Positions 10,444 through 18,642 of a DNA stretch of 64,000 bases are shown piece after piece. The position numbers and the translations under genes are program-made. Location of the stretch: contig JAEYPQ010000030.1 in the NCBI GenBank assembly GCA_023410645.1, forward strand, positions 11,680 through 75,679. The letters run 5' to 3'. Origin of the DNA: Bacillota bacterium (lineage in GTDB: Bacteria; Bacillota; Clostridia; TANB77; CAG-465). Numbering within the stretch: position 1 is the first letter of the stretch; every line of letters begins with the position of its first letter. Under the pieces are notes generated by a model. The model made no database searches and was not told the DNA's origin. It saw only the letters and a list, made by a program, of their open reading frames with translations.

Positions 10444-11362
10444 ATCCTAGTTTATTTAAGTAGTAAGTACTATTAAGTTCAATAACTATTTTATTCAAAT
10501 AGTAAAGAGACATATTTTCTTTAAAACTAAATTTATATTTATAGGCAAATAACATTTGTCTATATTTTTTGAATTTTTTATTTATCTCATTTTTACCGTA
10601 CATTGAATCACCAATAATAGGATGGAAAATATTTGTCATTTGCGATCTAATTTGATGAGTTTTTCCGGTATGTATAATAATATCCAAAATTGCATAATCC
10701 AAGTTTTTATCAATATATTTGACTGTATATTCAGTGATAATTTTTTTACTTGAATTAACTTTTTCATCATACACTTTTGAGTATCCAGTTTTTGTATCTT
10801 TTAATATATATTTTTCAAGTATCTCGTGCTCTTTTTCAAAATTACTATTATTAACATATGCAATGTAATTTTTTTCAATATATCCTTCTTTAAAAGCAAT
10901 ATTTAATTCATTATATGCAGTTTCATTCTTTCCAAAAACAACTATCCCTGCAGTATTTCTATCAAGTCTGTGACAAATCATAGCATTTGGATAATATTTT
11001 TTTACAATATCATCTAATGTTGGTTCTAATATTCCAGTTTTGTATAAATAAATATCATCACTCTCATGTTCATTATTTGATAAAATACCTTGTTTTTTAT
11101 ATACTGCTAATATGTTATCATCTTCATATATAATATCTAAAGTATCATCTATGTTGAAAAGTATCTTATCGTCAATGTATAATGTTATTTTATCATTTAA
11201 ATTTAAAGCAATATCTTTATTTACTCTAATTCCATTTACTTTTATATCTTTATTTCTTAATGCCTTGTATAAATAATTAGTTGGAATATTTGGAAAAACT
11301 TCACATATATATCTAGTTAATTTTATATTACTTTTACAATTTTCTACAAAAAAATCTCTCAT
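10427..11362 (-). CDS. RluA-family 23S rRNA / tRNA pseudouridine synthase (S4-like N-terminal domain)
   Basis: Catalytic motif HRLDRNTAGIVVFGKN (catalytic Asp) and HTGKTHQIRSQM motif of the RluA/RluD family. Confidence 0.8.
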   Translation of the reverse strand: MRDFFVENCKSNIKLTRYICEVFPNIPTNYLYKALRNKDIKVNGIRVNKDIALNLNDKITLYIDDKILFNIDDTLDIIYEDDNILAVYKKQGILSNNEHESDDIYLYKTGILEPTLDDIVKKYYPNAMICHRLDRNTAGIVVFGKNETAYNELNIAFKEGYIEKNYIAYVNNSNFEKEHEILEKYILKDTKTGYSKVYDEKVNSSKKIITEYTVKYIDKNLDYAILDIIIHTGKTHQIRSQMTNIFHPIIGDSMYGKNEINKKFKKYRQMLFAYKYKFSFKENMSLYYLNKIVIELNSTYYLNKLGCEFNE

Positions 11363-11460
11363 AAAATTATTATAACCGCAATTTATGTAAAATGCAATAT
11401 TATTATTGATTTTTAGAAAATTTTGTTATATAATAACCTTTAAAATGACTGAAATAGGGA

Positions 11461-12492
11461 GTGTTTAATGTGAAAGAAGAATTAGAAGAATTAAGAAAAA
11501 TTTCTACTGATGAATTATCAAAAATAACTAGCAAAAATGAATTAGAAGAAATCAGAGTAAAATATTTAGGTAAAAAAGGTGGTCTTACATCACTTTTAAA
11601 ATCACTTGGTGGTTTGGAAGAAGAAGAAAGAAAGAGTGTTGGAAAACTTGCAAATGAAATACGTATAGAAATTGAAAATTTAATTTCTGACAAGCAACAA
11701 GAACTTGAAAATAAAGAAATAGAAGAAAAAATCCAAAATGAAAAAATTGATATTTCTATATCTAATTCAAAATCATCAAAATATGGACATAAACATCCAC
11801 TTACAATAGTTCTTGATGAAATTAAAGATATATTTTTAGGAATGGGATATTCAATTGCAGAAGGCCCAGAAATTGAAACTACATTCTTTAATTTTGATGC
11901 GTTAAATGCACCAGCAGATCATCCATCTCGTGACTTACAAGATACTATGTATATTACAGATAATATAATACTTAGAACTCAGACTTCTCCTGTACAAGCA
12001 AGAACTATGTTAGAACAAAAACCACCTATAAAGATAATTGCACCAGGACGTGTATATAGATCAGATAATGTTGATGCTACACATTCACCAATGTTCCATC
12101 AAGTAGAAGGTCTTGTTGTTGATAAAAATATATCAATGTCTGATTTGAAAGGAACACTTGAAATGTTTTCAAAGAAAATGTTTGGAGAAGATACAAAAAT
12201 AAGACTTAGACCTCATCATTTTCCATTTACTGAACCAAGTTGTGAAGTAGATGTATCATGCTTTGTATGCGGTGGAAAAGGTTGTAAAGTATGTAAAGGT
12301 GAAGGATGGATTGAAATACTTGGTGCAGGTCAAGTACATCCAAATGTGCTAAAAGCATGTAATATAGACTCAAATGAGTATCAAGGATTTGCTTTTGGTG
12401 TTGGCGTTGAAAGAATTGCAATGATTAAATTTGGTATTAACGATTTGAGATATATTTATGAAAACGATACTAGATTTTTAAATCAATTTTAG
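11461..12492 (+). CDS. pheS: Phenylalanine--tRNA ligase alpha subunit
   Basis: Near-colinear with B. subtilis PheS (motifs HPLT, FFNFDALN.P..HP.RD, RTQTSPVQ.RTM, FPFTEPS.EVD, GWIEILGAG.VHP). Coordinates follow the supplied ORF track. By my own reading of the printed sequence the in-frame GTG after AGGGAG is 3 nt upstream of the track start, and an alternative GTG lies 9 nt downstream, so the start is uncertain by a few nt. There is no T-box leader: only about 100 nt of intergenic DNA shared with the divergent rluA-like gene. Confidence 0.88.
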   Translation: MFNVKEELEELRKISTDELSKITSKNELEEIRVKYLGKKGGLTSLLKSLGGLEEEERKSVGKLANEIRIEIENLISDKQQELENKEIEEKIQNEKIDISISNSKSSKYGHKHPLTIVLDEIKDIFLGMGYSIAEGPEIETTFFNFDALNAPADHPSRDLQDTMYITDNIILRTQTSPVQARTMLEQKPPIKIIAPGRVYRSDNVDATHSPMFHQVEGLVVDKNISMSDLKGTLEMFSKKMFGEDTKIRLRPHHFPFTEPSCEVDVSCFVCGGKGCKVCKGEGWIEILGAGQVHPNVLKACNIDSNEYQGFAFGVGVERIAMIKFGINDLRYIYENDTRFLNQF

Positions 12493-12507
12493 GAGTGTGA
12501 ATTTATA

Positions 12508-14901
12508 ATGGTTGTATCATTAAATTGGTTAAAAGAATATGTGGATATAGATGAAAATTTAACTATTCAAGAGATTGTAGATAGACTTACAATGTCTGGC
12601 AGTAAAGTTGAAACTTTTGAAACTTTTGGTATTAAAACAAAAGAAGTTGTTACTGGTATTGTGGAAAAAATTGAACCTCATGAAAGTAACGATAAACTTA
12701 AAGTTTTAACTATTGATATTAGATTTAGAAAGCTAACTGCAGTTGCAAAAATTCCAGATATAGAAGTTGGGGATATAATTCCAGTTGCACTTCCTGGTGC
12801 TAGAGTAATTAACAAAGAAGTAAATATTTCAGCAGTTGAGGGCGTAAAATCTGAGTGTATGGTTTGTCATATATTAGATCTTGGACTTGATGCTAAGAAA
12901 ATGCCTTGGGTTAAACCTTCTGGACTTTTAGTATTTCCAAAAGATGTTAAAATTGGAGAAGATATTAACGATATATTAGGACTTGGAGACTATTTAATTG
13001 AATTTGAAATAACTCCAAATAGACCTGATTGTCTTTCAATTGAAGGTATTGCTAAGGAACTTGCTGTGACTTTTGGAAAGGATTGCAAAGAATTATGGCA
13101 ATATAAAGAACCAGATTTTATGTTTTCTGATAGTATTAATGGAATTTCAGTTTCTGTTGAGAGTGAAAATTGCAAAAGATATACAATGAATGTTGCAGAA
13201 AATATAAAAGTTGAAAATTCCCCATATGACTTACAAATAAAGTTGATTAAATGTGGTATAAGACCTATAAATAACATTGTTGATTTAACAAACTATGTTA
13301 TGCTTGAAATAGGTCAACCTTTGCATGCATTTGATAAAGATAAAATAAATAGTGATAAGATTGTGGTAAGACAAGCAAAAGATGGAGAAACTTTAGAAAC
13401 TCTTGATGGAATAAATAGAATATTAGATAAGTCTAGTCTTGCTATAACAAATGGAAAAAATCCTATTGCAATAGCTGGTATAATGGGCGGAGAGCTATCA
13501 GGTATAGATGAAAATACAAAAAGTGTAGTTCTTGAAGCTGCAAATTTTGTAAGAGGAAATATTCGTAATACTTCTAAAAAACAAGTACTTAGAACTGATG
13601 CATCTTCACGTTATGAAAAAGGATTACCATCTGAACTTACAATTCATGCTATGAGTCGAATTGTTGATTTAATCAATTCTACGAATTGTGGTATTATTGT
13701 AAATAACATAGTGGATATTTATCCACAAAAACAAGTAAATAACACCATTGAAATCAATTATGATAAAATAAATAGTGTTATTGGAACAAATATATCTGTT
13801 GAAGATATAGATAAAATATTAGAAGATTTAGGAATTGAAATAAAAGATAATATAGCATTTATACCATATTTTAGAGAAGATTTAGAATTGGTAGAAGACT
13901 TAGCAGAAGAAGTGGCAAGAATTTATGGATATGATAAACTTCCTTCAACACTTCCAAATACTAGTCTTACTTTTGGTGCTAAAACTAAAGAACAAAAAAT
14001 AGAAGAAAAATTAAAAGAAATTGCAAATGCAAGTGGGTATAATGAGATATACACGTATACTTTCTTTAGTAAAGAGACATTAGAAAGAATGTGTCTAAAT
14101 AAAAAGTCTAGTCTATTTGATTTAGTTAGAGTAAAGAATCCATTAAGTAAAGATTTTGAATATATGAGAACTACAACAATGCCATTAATGTTAGAGGCAT
14201 TAGAGAGGAATTTTACTAGAAAAAATACTAATGTTAAATTATTTGAATTTGGTAAAATTTTCGAAGATGCAGAAAATGTGTTAAAGGATAAGCTTGTTAC
14301 AGAAAATTATGCTTTAACATTTGGAATGTACGATGATTATTCTAATTTCTATGACATAAAAGAAGTGGTAGAAAAAGTGTTAAATTATTACAATATATTA
14401 GATAATAATTATATCATAGAAAGAATTGAAAACAAGGATGAATATCATCCTGGAATGAGCGCTAGAATTGTTATAGGGGAAGATATAATTGCTGAGTTTG
14501 GTAAATTATCTCCAATCGTTCAGAAAAATTATATTTTGCCTGAAAATACATATATGGCTAGCATATATTTTGATAAAATATTAAAATATGAAAATAAAGA
14601 ATTAAAATTTGTTGAACTTCCAAAATATCCTGCAGTTGAAAGAGATTTAGCTTTTGTAATTTCTAAAGATGTGCTTTCTTTTGAAATTATAAAATTAATA
14701 AAAACTGTTGATACTGTTGAAAGTGTTGAACTTTTCGATGTATATGAAGGAAAACAAATTGAAGAAGGTAAAAAGAGTATGGCATATAGAATATTACTTC
14801 GATCTAATGAAAAAACTCTTGGTGATGAAGAAATAGTAAATACAATGAATAAAATTGTTGAATTATTAAAAAGTAAGTTTAATATAGAAATAAGATCATA
14901 A
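12508..14901 (+). CDS. pheT: Phenylalanine--tRNA ligase beta subunit
   Basis: 797 aa. N-terminal tRNA-binding OB domain, B3/B4, B5 and C-terminal anticodon-binding (FDVYEGK) domains. ATG lies 7 nt after AGGAGTG and 15 nt after the pheS stop. Confidence 0.9.
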   Translation: MVVSLNWLKEYVDIDENLTIQEIVDRLTMSGSKVETFETFGIKTKEVVTGIVEKIEPHESNDKLKVLTIDIRFRKLTAVAKIPDIEVGDIIPVALPGARVINKEVNISAVEGVKSECMVCHILDLGLDAKKMPWVKPSGLLVFPKDVKIGEDINDILGLGDYLIEFEITPNRPDCLSIEGIAKELAVTFGKDCKELWQYKEPDFMFSDSINGISVSVESENCKRYTMNVAENIKVENSPYDLQIKLIKCGIRPINNIVDLTNYVMLEIGQPLHAFDKDKINSDKIVVRQAKDGETLETLDGINRILDKSSLAITNGKNPIAIAGIMGGELSGIDENTKSVVLEAANFVRGNIRNTSKKQVLRTDASSRYEKGLPSELTIHAMSRIVDLINSTNCGIIVNNIVDIYPQKQVNNTIEINYDKINSVIGTNISVEDIDKILEDLGIEIKDNIAFIPYFREDLELVEDLAEEVARIYGYDKLPSTLPNTSLTFGAKTKEQKIEEKLKEIANASGYNEIYTYTFFSKETLERMCLNKKSSLFDLVRVKNPLSKDFEYMRTTTMPLMLEALERNFTRKNTNVKLFEFGKIFEDAENVLKDKLVTENYALTFGMYDDYSNFYDIKEVVEKVLNYYNILDNNYIIERIENKDEYHPGMSARIVIGEDIIAEFGKLSPIVQKNYILPENTYMASIYFDKILKYENKELKFVELPKYPAVERDLAFVISKDVLSFEIIKLIKTVDTVESVELFDVYEGKQIEEGKKSMAYRILLRSNEKTLGDEEIVNTMNKIVELLKSKFNIEIRS

Positions 14902-14903
14902 TT

Positions 14904-14940
14904 AAAAGAGCTAGTTAATTTTTAACTAGCTCTTTTAATT
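14904..14940 (+). terminator. Rho-independent terminator after pheT
   Basis: AAAAGAGCTAGTTAA-TTT-TTAACTAGCTCTTTT perfect 15-bp stem followed by a T-run. Confidence 0.75.
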
Positions 14941-15095
14941 TAATATATAATTTATGTGTAAAAATAAAAAATATTTGTTTACATAAACTATTTACAAAAA
15001 ATAATTATTATGATATAATATTCGCATTAAAGTAATTTTTTTTGAAAGTCGAACATAAGAATGTATTATAAGTATCCAAAGGAGGAAAAAATTTA

Positions 15096-15749
15096 ATGGA
15101 ACCTTTTAATGAAAATAATATAATAAATTTGAGAGGAGTTGTATCATCTGAAGTAGAGTATAGTCATGAAGCATTTGACGAAAAATATTACAGATTTTTT
15201 GTTGACACTAAAAGACTTAGTGATTTAAGCGATACTTTACCAATAATAGTATCTGAAAAACTAATCAATATAGATGATATAAAAATTGGAGATGTCGTAT
15301 TTGTAAATGGTCAAGTAAGATCTCATAATCAACCAGTTGAAGATAAAAGAAGCAAATTAATCCTTTCAATTTTTACAAAAGAAATTAGAAAAGAAAGTAT
15401 AGAAGAAGACACTTCTTTAAATGAAGTTATTTTTCAAGGATTTATATGCAAAGAGCCTATTTATAGAAAAACACCACTTGGAAGAGAAATAGCTGATGTA
15501 TTAATAGCTGTAAATAGAGCATATAAAAAATCTGATTATATTCCTTGTATTTTATGGGGAAGAAATGCTAAGTTTTGTGAGTCTTTACCAATAGGAAGCA
15601 AAGTTAGTATAACAGGAAGAATGCAATCAAGAAAATATAGTAAAAAATTAAATGATGAAAATGTAAGAGAAATGACTGCATATGAAGTTTCTGCAAGTAT
15701 GTTCACACTTTTAAAAGATGATGAAAAAGAAGAGATGGCACAAATATAA
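15096..15749 (+). CDS. Tandem OB-fold single-stranded-DNA-binding-like protein
   Basis: Two consecutive SSB-like OB modules: residues 1-100 (INLRGVVSSE...GDVVFVNGQVRSHN) and 110-200 (VIFQGFICKEP...IPCILWGRNAKFC...GSKVSITGRMQSRKY). The pattern matches bacterial SSB (L.GRL...PE.R......W...AE......KGS.V.V.GRLQ.R.Y). Short acidic C-terminus DDEKEEMAQI. Preceded by the promoter TTTACA-17-TGaTATAAT and RBS AAAGGAGG. Confidence 0.5.
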   Translation: MEPFNENNIINLRGVVSSEVEYSHEAFDEKYYRFFVDTKRLSDLSDTLPIIVSEKLINIDDIKIGDVVFVNGQVRSHNQPVEDKRSKLILSIFTKEIRKESIEEDTSLNEVIFQGFICKEPIYRKTPLGREIADVLIAVNRAYKKSDYIPCILWGRNAKFCESLPIGSKVSITGRMQSRKYSKKLNDENVREMTAYEVSASMFTLLKDDEKEEMAQI

Positions 15750-15781
15750 TTTATATATAAAATATGTATTAGAGTAAATAA

Positions 15782-16369
15782 CTAAATGTTATTTACTTTT
15801 TTTGTATATTTAAACTTTGAAGGATCAATAGTGTTACCTTTGACATCAAATAAAGAAAAATGCAAATGTGGGCCTGTTGTCCACCCATTTTGCAATCCAC
15901 TGGATAAAACTTTTGGACCAACATATCCAATTGTCTGACCTTGAATAATTTTTTCACCAACTTTTACAATTATTTTCTCAGACATATGACCATACATTGA
16001 TTTGGTACCATCAAAATGCAAAATAGTAACACATATTCCATAGCCACTTGTAAAACCACAAAAAGTTATAGTACCAGATTTGGTTGCGTAGATTTTTGAA
16101 TTTTCAGGTGCTGGAAAATCAATGCCATTATGAAAATTTTGTTTATTAAATAGCATTCTATAACCATAGTATGATGAAATATGTATTATATCTGTTGGAT
16201 AAATATAGTTTTCTGAATCAATATTTGAATTTAAACTTGAAAATATAAAAGAAATTAAAATGGAAGAAAAAACTAAAATAGAATAAAATTTTTTATACAT
16301 TACATCACCGATTGATATTTTAACATTTAAATTTGAAGTTGTAAATAAAAAAATAAAAAAATAAAACAA
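15782..16369 (-). CDS. Secreted M23 (LytM-type) peptidoglycan endopeptidase
   Basis: N-terminal signal/TM segment. M23 motifs HNGIDFPAP, YGHMSE and GPHLHFSLF. Confidence 0.75.
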   Translation of the reverse strand: MFYFFIFLFTTSNLNVKISIGDVMYKKFYSILVFSSILISFIFSSLNSNIDSENYIYPTDIIHISSYYGYRMLFNKQNFHNGIDFPAPENSKIYATKSGTITFCGFTSGYGICVTILHFDGTKSMYGHMSEKIIVKVGEKIIQGQTIGYVGPKVLSSGLQNGWTTGPHLHFSLFDVKGNTIDPSKFKYTKKVNNI

Positions 16370-16377
16370 TTTTCTAT

Positions 16378-16404
16378 TGCTTTTTTTCTTATTATTGATA
16401 TAAT
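16378..16404 (+). promoter_or_regulatory. Putative sigma-A promoter with extended -10 (TTGCTT...TGaTATAAT) for pilin-like gene 1
   Basis: TTGCTT at 16378-16383 and TGATATAAT at 16396-16404, upstream of RBS GAGGAGG and the ATG at 16435. Confidence 0.4.
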
Positions 16405-16434
16405 TTAATAAGCAACTATCTCGAGGAGGAATTT

Positions 16435-16854
16435 ATGAAAAACACTAGGAATAAAAAAATAGTATTTGAAATCTTATCTATAGTATTAATTTGTATCTTG
16501 TTTACTAGTTCGATTTTTGGATTAACACCATCAGAGCCTGGTAAAGGAAATGAGCTAACACCAATAACAGATTTAGCAGGATCAATTTGGGCAACTTTTG
16601 CAACTGTTGTTCAAGTAGCTGCAATTGTAGCAGTAGTACTTGCTGGAGTAAGATATATGTTTGCATCAGCAGATGCAAAAGCAGATATAAAAAAGCAAAC
16701 TATAACATTGGTTATTGGTGCAGTGTTAGTATTTGCTGCAGTACCACTTACCAAGTTGATTGTCGGTGCTGCAAAAGACATTTTAGACTCTAATAGTGGT
16801 TCTGCACCAAATATAGAAGTAGATCCACGTAATCCAAATCAAATGTCACAATAG
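16435..16854 (+). CDS. VirB2/TrbC-like pilin-family protein, paralog 1 (139 aa)
   Basis: Signal peptide/TM (ILSIVLICILFTSSIFG). Then hydrophobic helix 1 (AGSIWATFATVVQVAAIVAVVLAGV), a short charged loop (RYMFASADAKADIKKQ) and hydrophobic helix 2 (TITLVIGAVLVFAAVPL). This is the TrbC/VirB2 architecture. Assignment is by topology and motif, not by search. Confidence 0.5.
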   Translation: MKNTRNKKIVFEILSIVLICILFTSSIFGLTPSEPGKGNELTPITDLAGSIWATFATVVQVAAIVAVVLAGVRYMFASADAKADIKKQTITLVIGAVLVFAAVPLTKLIVGAAKDILDSNSGSAPNIEVDPRNPNQMSQ

Positions 16855-16949
16855 ATGTGTTATTATGTAGATTATTGCTCTGAATTTAGCTAATTTAGCT
16901 GAAAAATTAAAAAAATATATAAAATTTATATAAAAATTTGAGTAAACTA

Positions 16950-16977
16950 TTGATTTTTGCTAAAAAATGGGTATAAT
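16950..16977 (+). promoter_or_regulatory. Near-consensus sigma-A promoter (TTGATT-16-TATAAT) for pilin-like gene 2
   Basis: TTGATT at 16950-16955, TATAAT at 16972-16977. RBS AAGGAGG 7 nt before the ATG at 17012. Confidence 0.5.
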
Positions 16978-17011
16978 TAAATTAGGGATATAAAACTTAA
17001 GGAGGAATTTT

Positions 17012-17374
17012 ATGAAAAAGTCAAAGAAAATATTATTAAGAGTATTACCTGTATTAATGGTTATGTTTGTACTTATTGCTAGCCCTATTTTTGGAATAGA
17101 TGTTAAGGATCCAGATTCTCTAGGTGGTAAAGGATCAACTGATATTTCAAATGTTGCAGGTAACATTTGGCAAACAATTAGTACAGTAGTTCAAGTAGTT
17201 GCAATTGCAGCAGTAGTACTTGCCGGTGTAAGATATATGTTTGCATCAGCAGACGCAAAAGCAGATATTAAGAAACAAACAGTTATTTTAATAGTTGGAG
17301 CAGTGCTTGTATTTGCGGCAGTACCTTTAATGAAATTGATTGCTTCTGTATCAGATCAGATAATAAATCAATAA
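17012..17374 (+). CDS. VirB2/TrbC-like pilin-family protein, paralog 2 (120 aa; probable major subunit)
   Basis: Same architecture as paralog 1. The C-terminal 75 aa are about 85 percent identical to paralog 1 at both protein and nucleotide level (16606-16749 vs 17186-17330). Strongest promoter and RBS of the three. Followed by a hairpin plus T-run (17413-17450) that could attenuate read-through. Confidence 0.5.
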   Translation: MKKSKKILLRVLPVLMVMFVLIASPIFGIDVKDPDSLGGKGSTDISNVAGNIWQTISTVVQVVAIAAVVLAGVRYMFASADAKADIKKQTVILIVGAVLVFAAVPLMKLIASVSDQIINQ

Positions 17375-17472
17375 ATTATATTGGTGTTACTTAATTATTA
17401 TAGATTATAATTAAAAAAGATATTTTAAGTTTTAACTTATTATATCTTTTTTTATAGAAAGAAGTTGATAAG

Positions 17473-18147
17473 ATGAAAGAAAAAATTATTGCTTTTGTAT
17501 GCATATTTATGTTGTTATTTACAATTGGTACAAATGTACAAGCAGCAAATGCACAGACTACTGAAGGCACTCAAAAAAACTTTCTTGATGACATTTTTGG
17601 GCAGGGAAGCACTTGGTTTAATTCTGCAAAGGGTACAGAAAGTGAGAATAGTTTTGGAAATGCCATTAAAGATTATATTAATAATGGTGGTATAATGCAA
17701 GCCGTGCTTGCAGTTGGAAATCTCGTATTTGCTATTGTTACAGTTACATTAGGTGCAAAGTATATTTTTTCAGGTATAGAAGGTAAATCTATAATAAAAG
17801 AAACTTTGCCAACTTTTGTTGTTGGTGTAATTTTCTTTTATTTAGCTAGTAATTTAGTATTTTTCTTTACAAATGATGCAGGAACTGGTGTATTAAATAT
17901 TTTATTTGGTGGGACACCAAATTTCACCACAATATCAGGTAGTATTTGGTCTACAATTTCAATTGTAATAAATACGGTGTCTATTGCAGGCATTGTGTTT
18001 ATAGGACTTAGATACATGTTTGCTGGTCCTGATTCAAAAGCAGATATTAAAAAAAGCCTTCTACCAGTTACGCTTGGAATTATATTCGTTTATTGTGCAT
18101 TTCAGGTATTAAATTTTATAGTACAAGTTGGAAATGCAGCTATATAA
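17473..18147 (+). CDS. Tandem pilin-module protein (224 aa): signal peptide, soluble segment, then two VirB2/TrbC-like helix-loop-helix modules
   Basis: Signal peptide ending ...NVQAANA. Module A: IMQAVLAVGNLVFAIVTVTLGAKYIFSGIEGKSIIKETLPTFVVGVIFFYLASNLVFF. Module B: GSIWSTISIVINTVSIAGIVFIGLRYMFAGPDSKADIKKSLLPVTLGIIFVYCAF, which shares the RYMFA..D.KADIKK loop with paralogs 1 and 2. Confidence 0.45.
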   Translation: MKEKIIAFVCIFMLLFTIGTNVQAANAQTTEGTQKNFLDDIFGQGSTWFNSAKGTESENSFGNAIKDYINNGGIMQAVLAVGNLVFAIVTVTLGAKYIFSGIEGKSIIKETLPTFVVGVIFFYLASNLVFFFTNDAGTGVLNILFGGTPNFTTISGSIWSTISIVINTVSIAGIVFIGLRYMFAGPDSKADIKKSLLPVTLGIIFVYCAFQVLNFIVQVGNAAI

Positions 18148-18155
18148 TTAATAAA

Positions 18156-18198
18156 TTGTTACATAAAAATTACATTTATGTAACAATTTATTTTTTTG
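18156..18198 (+). terminator. Strong rho-independent terminator after the pilin-like gene triplet
   Basis: Perfect 12-bp stem TTGTTACATAAA / TTTATGTAACAA with 7-nt loop, followed by TTTATTTTTTTG. Confidence 0.75.
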
Positions 18199-18219
18199 TT
18201 TATTTTTGCTTGAAAATTG

Positions 18220-18248
18220 TTGATAAATTAGCGTATTTATGATAAAAT
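18220..18248 (+). promoter_or_regulatory. Putative sigma-A promoter (TTGATA-17-TGaTAAAAT) for the T4SS-like operon
   Basis: TTGATA at 18220-18225 and TAAAAT at 18243-18248 with upstream TG. RBS AGAGGGGGA before the ATG at 18298. Confidence 0.4.
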
Positions 18249-18297
18249 TTCTTAAAGTATGAATTATCATTACTAAAGAAGAGGGGGATATATTAAA

Positions 18298-18642
18298 ATG
18301 GGGAGAACTTATACGGTACCAAGAAGTGTAAAAGGTGAATCTAGATTATTATATATATTTTCAATAAGATCTTTTGTTTCTACTGTTGTATTTGGATTTG
18401 TGGGCTTTTTGATAGGAAGTTTGCTTTCACTTGTTGGAGCTAGTGGTTTAATTAAAGTTATAATGACTGCTGTCTTTGGAATAATTGGATATGGAATGGC
18501 AACACTAGTAATTCCGGATACACCTATTGTTGGAAACTTAAGAAAAGCTGGTGGAGAGCAGGTCGGTGAAATTTTACTTAGAATTATAACTTTTAAAAGA
18601 AGAAAGAAAATATATATTTATAGATATGGGGGAGATAAATAA
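18298..18642 (+). CDS. PrgI / VirB3-like small two-TM protein (114 aa)
   Basis: Size, position immediately upstream of the VirB4-like region, and two adjacent TM helices (VVFGFVGFLIGSLLSLVGA, IKVIMTAVFGIIGYGMATLVI) match the VirB3/PrgI/TcpE-like component of Gram-positive T4SS. Confidence 0.45.
   Translation: MGRTYTVPRSVKGESRLLYIFSIRSFVSTVVFGFVGFLIGSLLSLVGASGLIKVIMTAVFGIIGYGMATLVIPDTPIVGNLRKAGGEQVGEILLRIITFKRRKKIYIYRYGGDK

Noticed and set aside
11363-11460. Possible T-box riboswitch leader upstream of pheS
   Set aside because: Only about 100 nt separate the divergent rluA-like start and pheS. No T-box consensus (AATTAGGGTGGNACCGCG-like) or specifier/antiterminator structure is present.
16587-16793. 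Cys-rich 68-aa ORF in an alternative frame of pilin-like gene 1, and 17489-17695 / 17515-17700 ORFs within gene 3
   Set aside because: They are fully embedded in better-supported genes that have strong RBS and promoter. The Cys-rich translation arises from a TGT/TGC-rich alternative frame of GCA/GTT-rich coding sequence.
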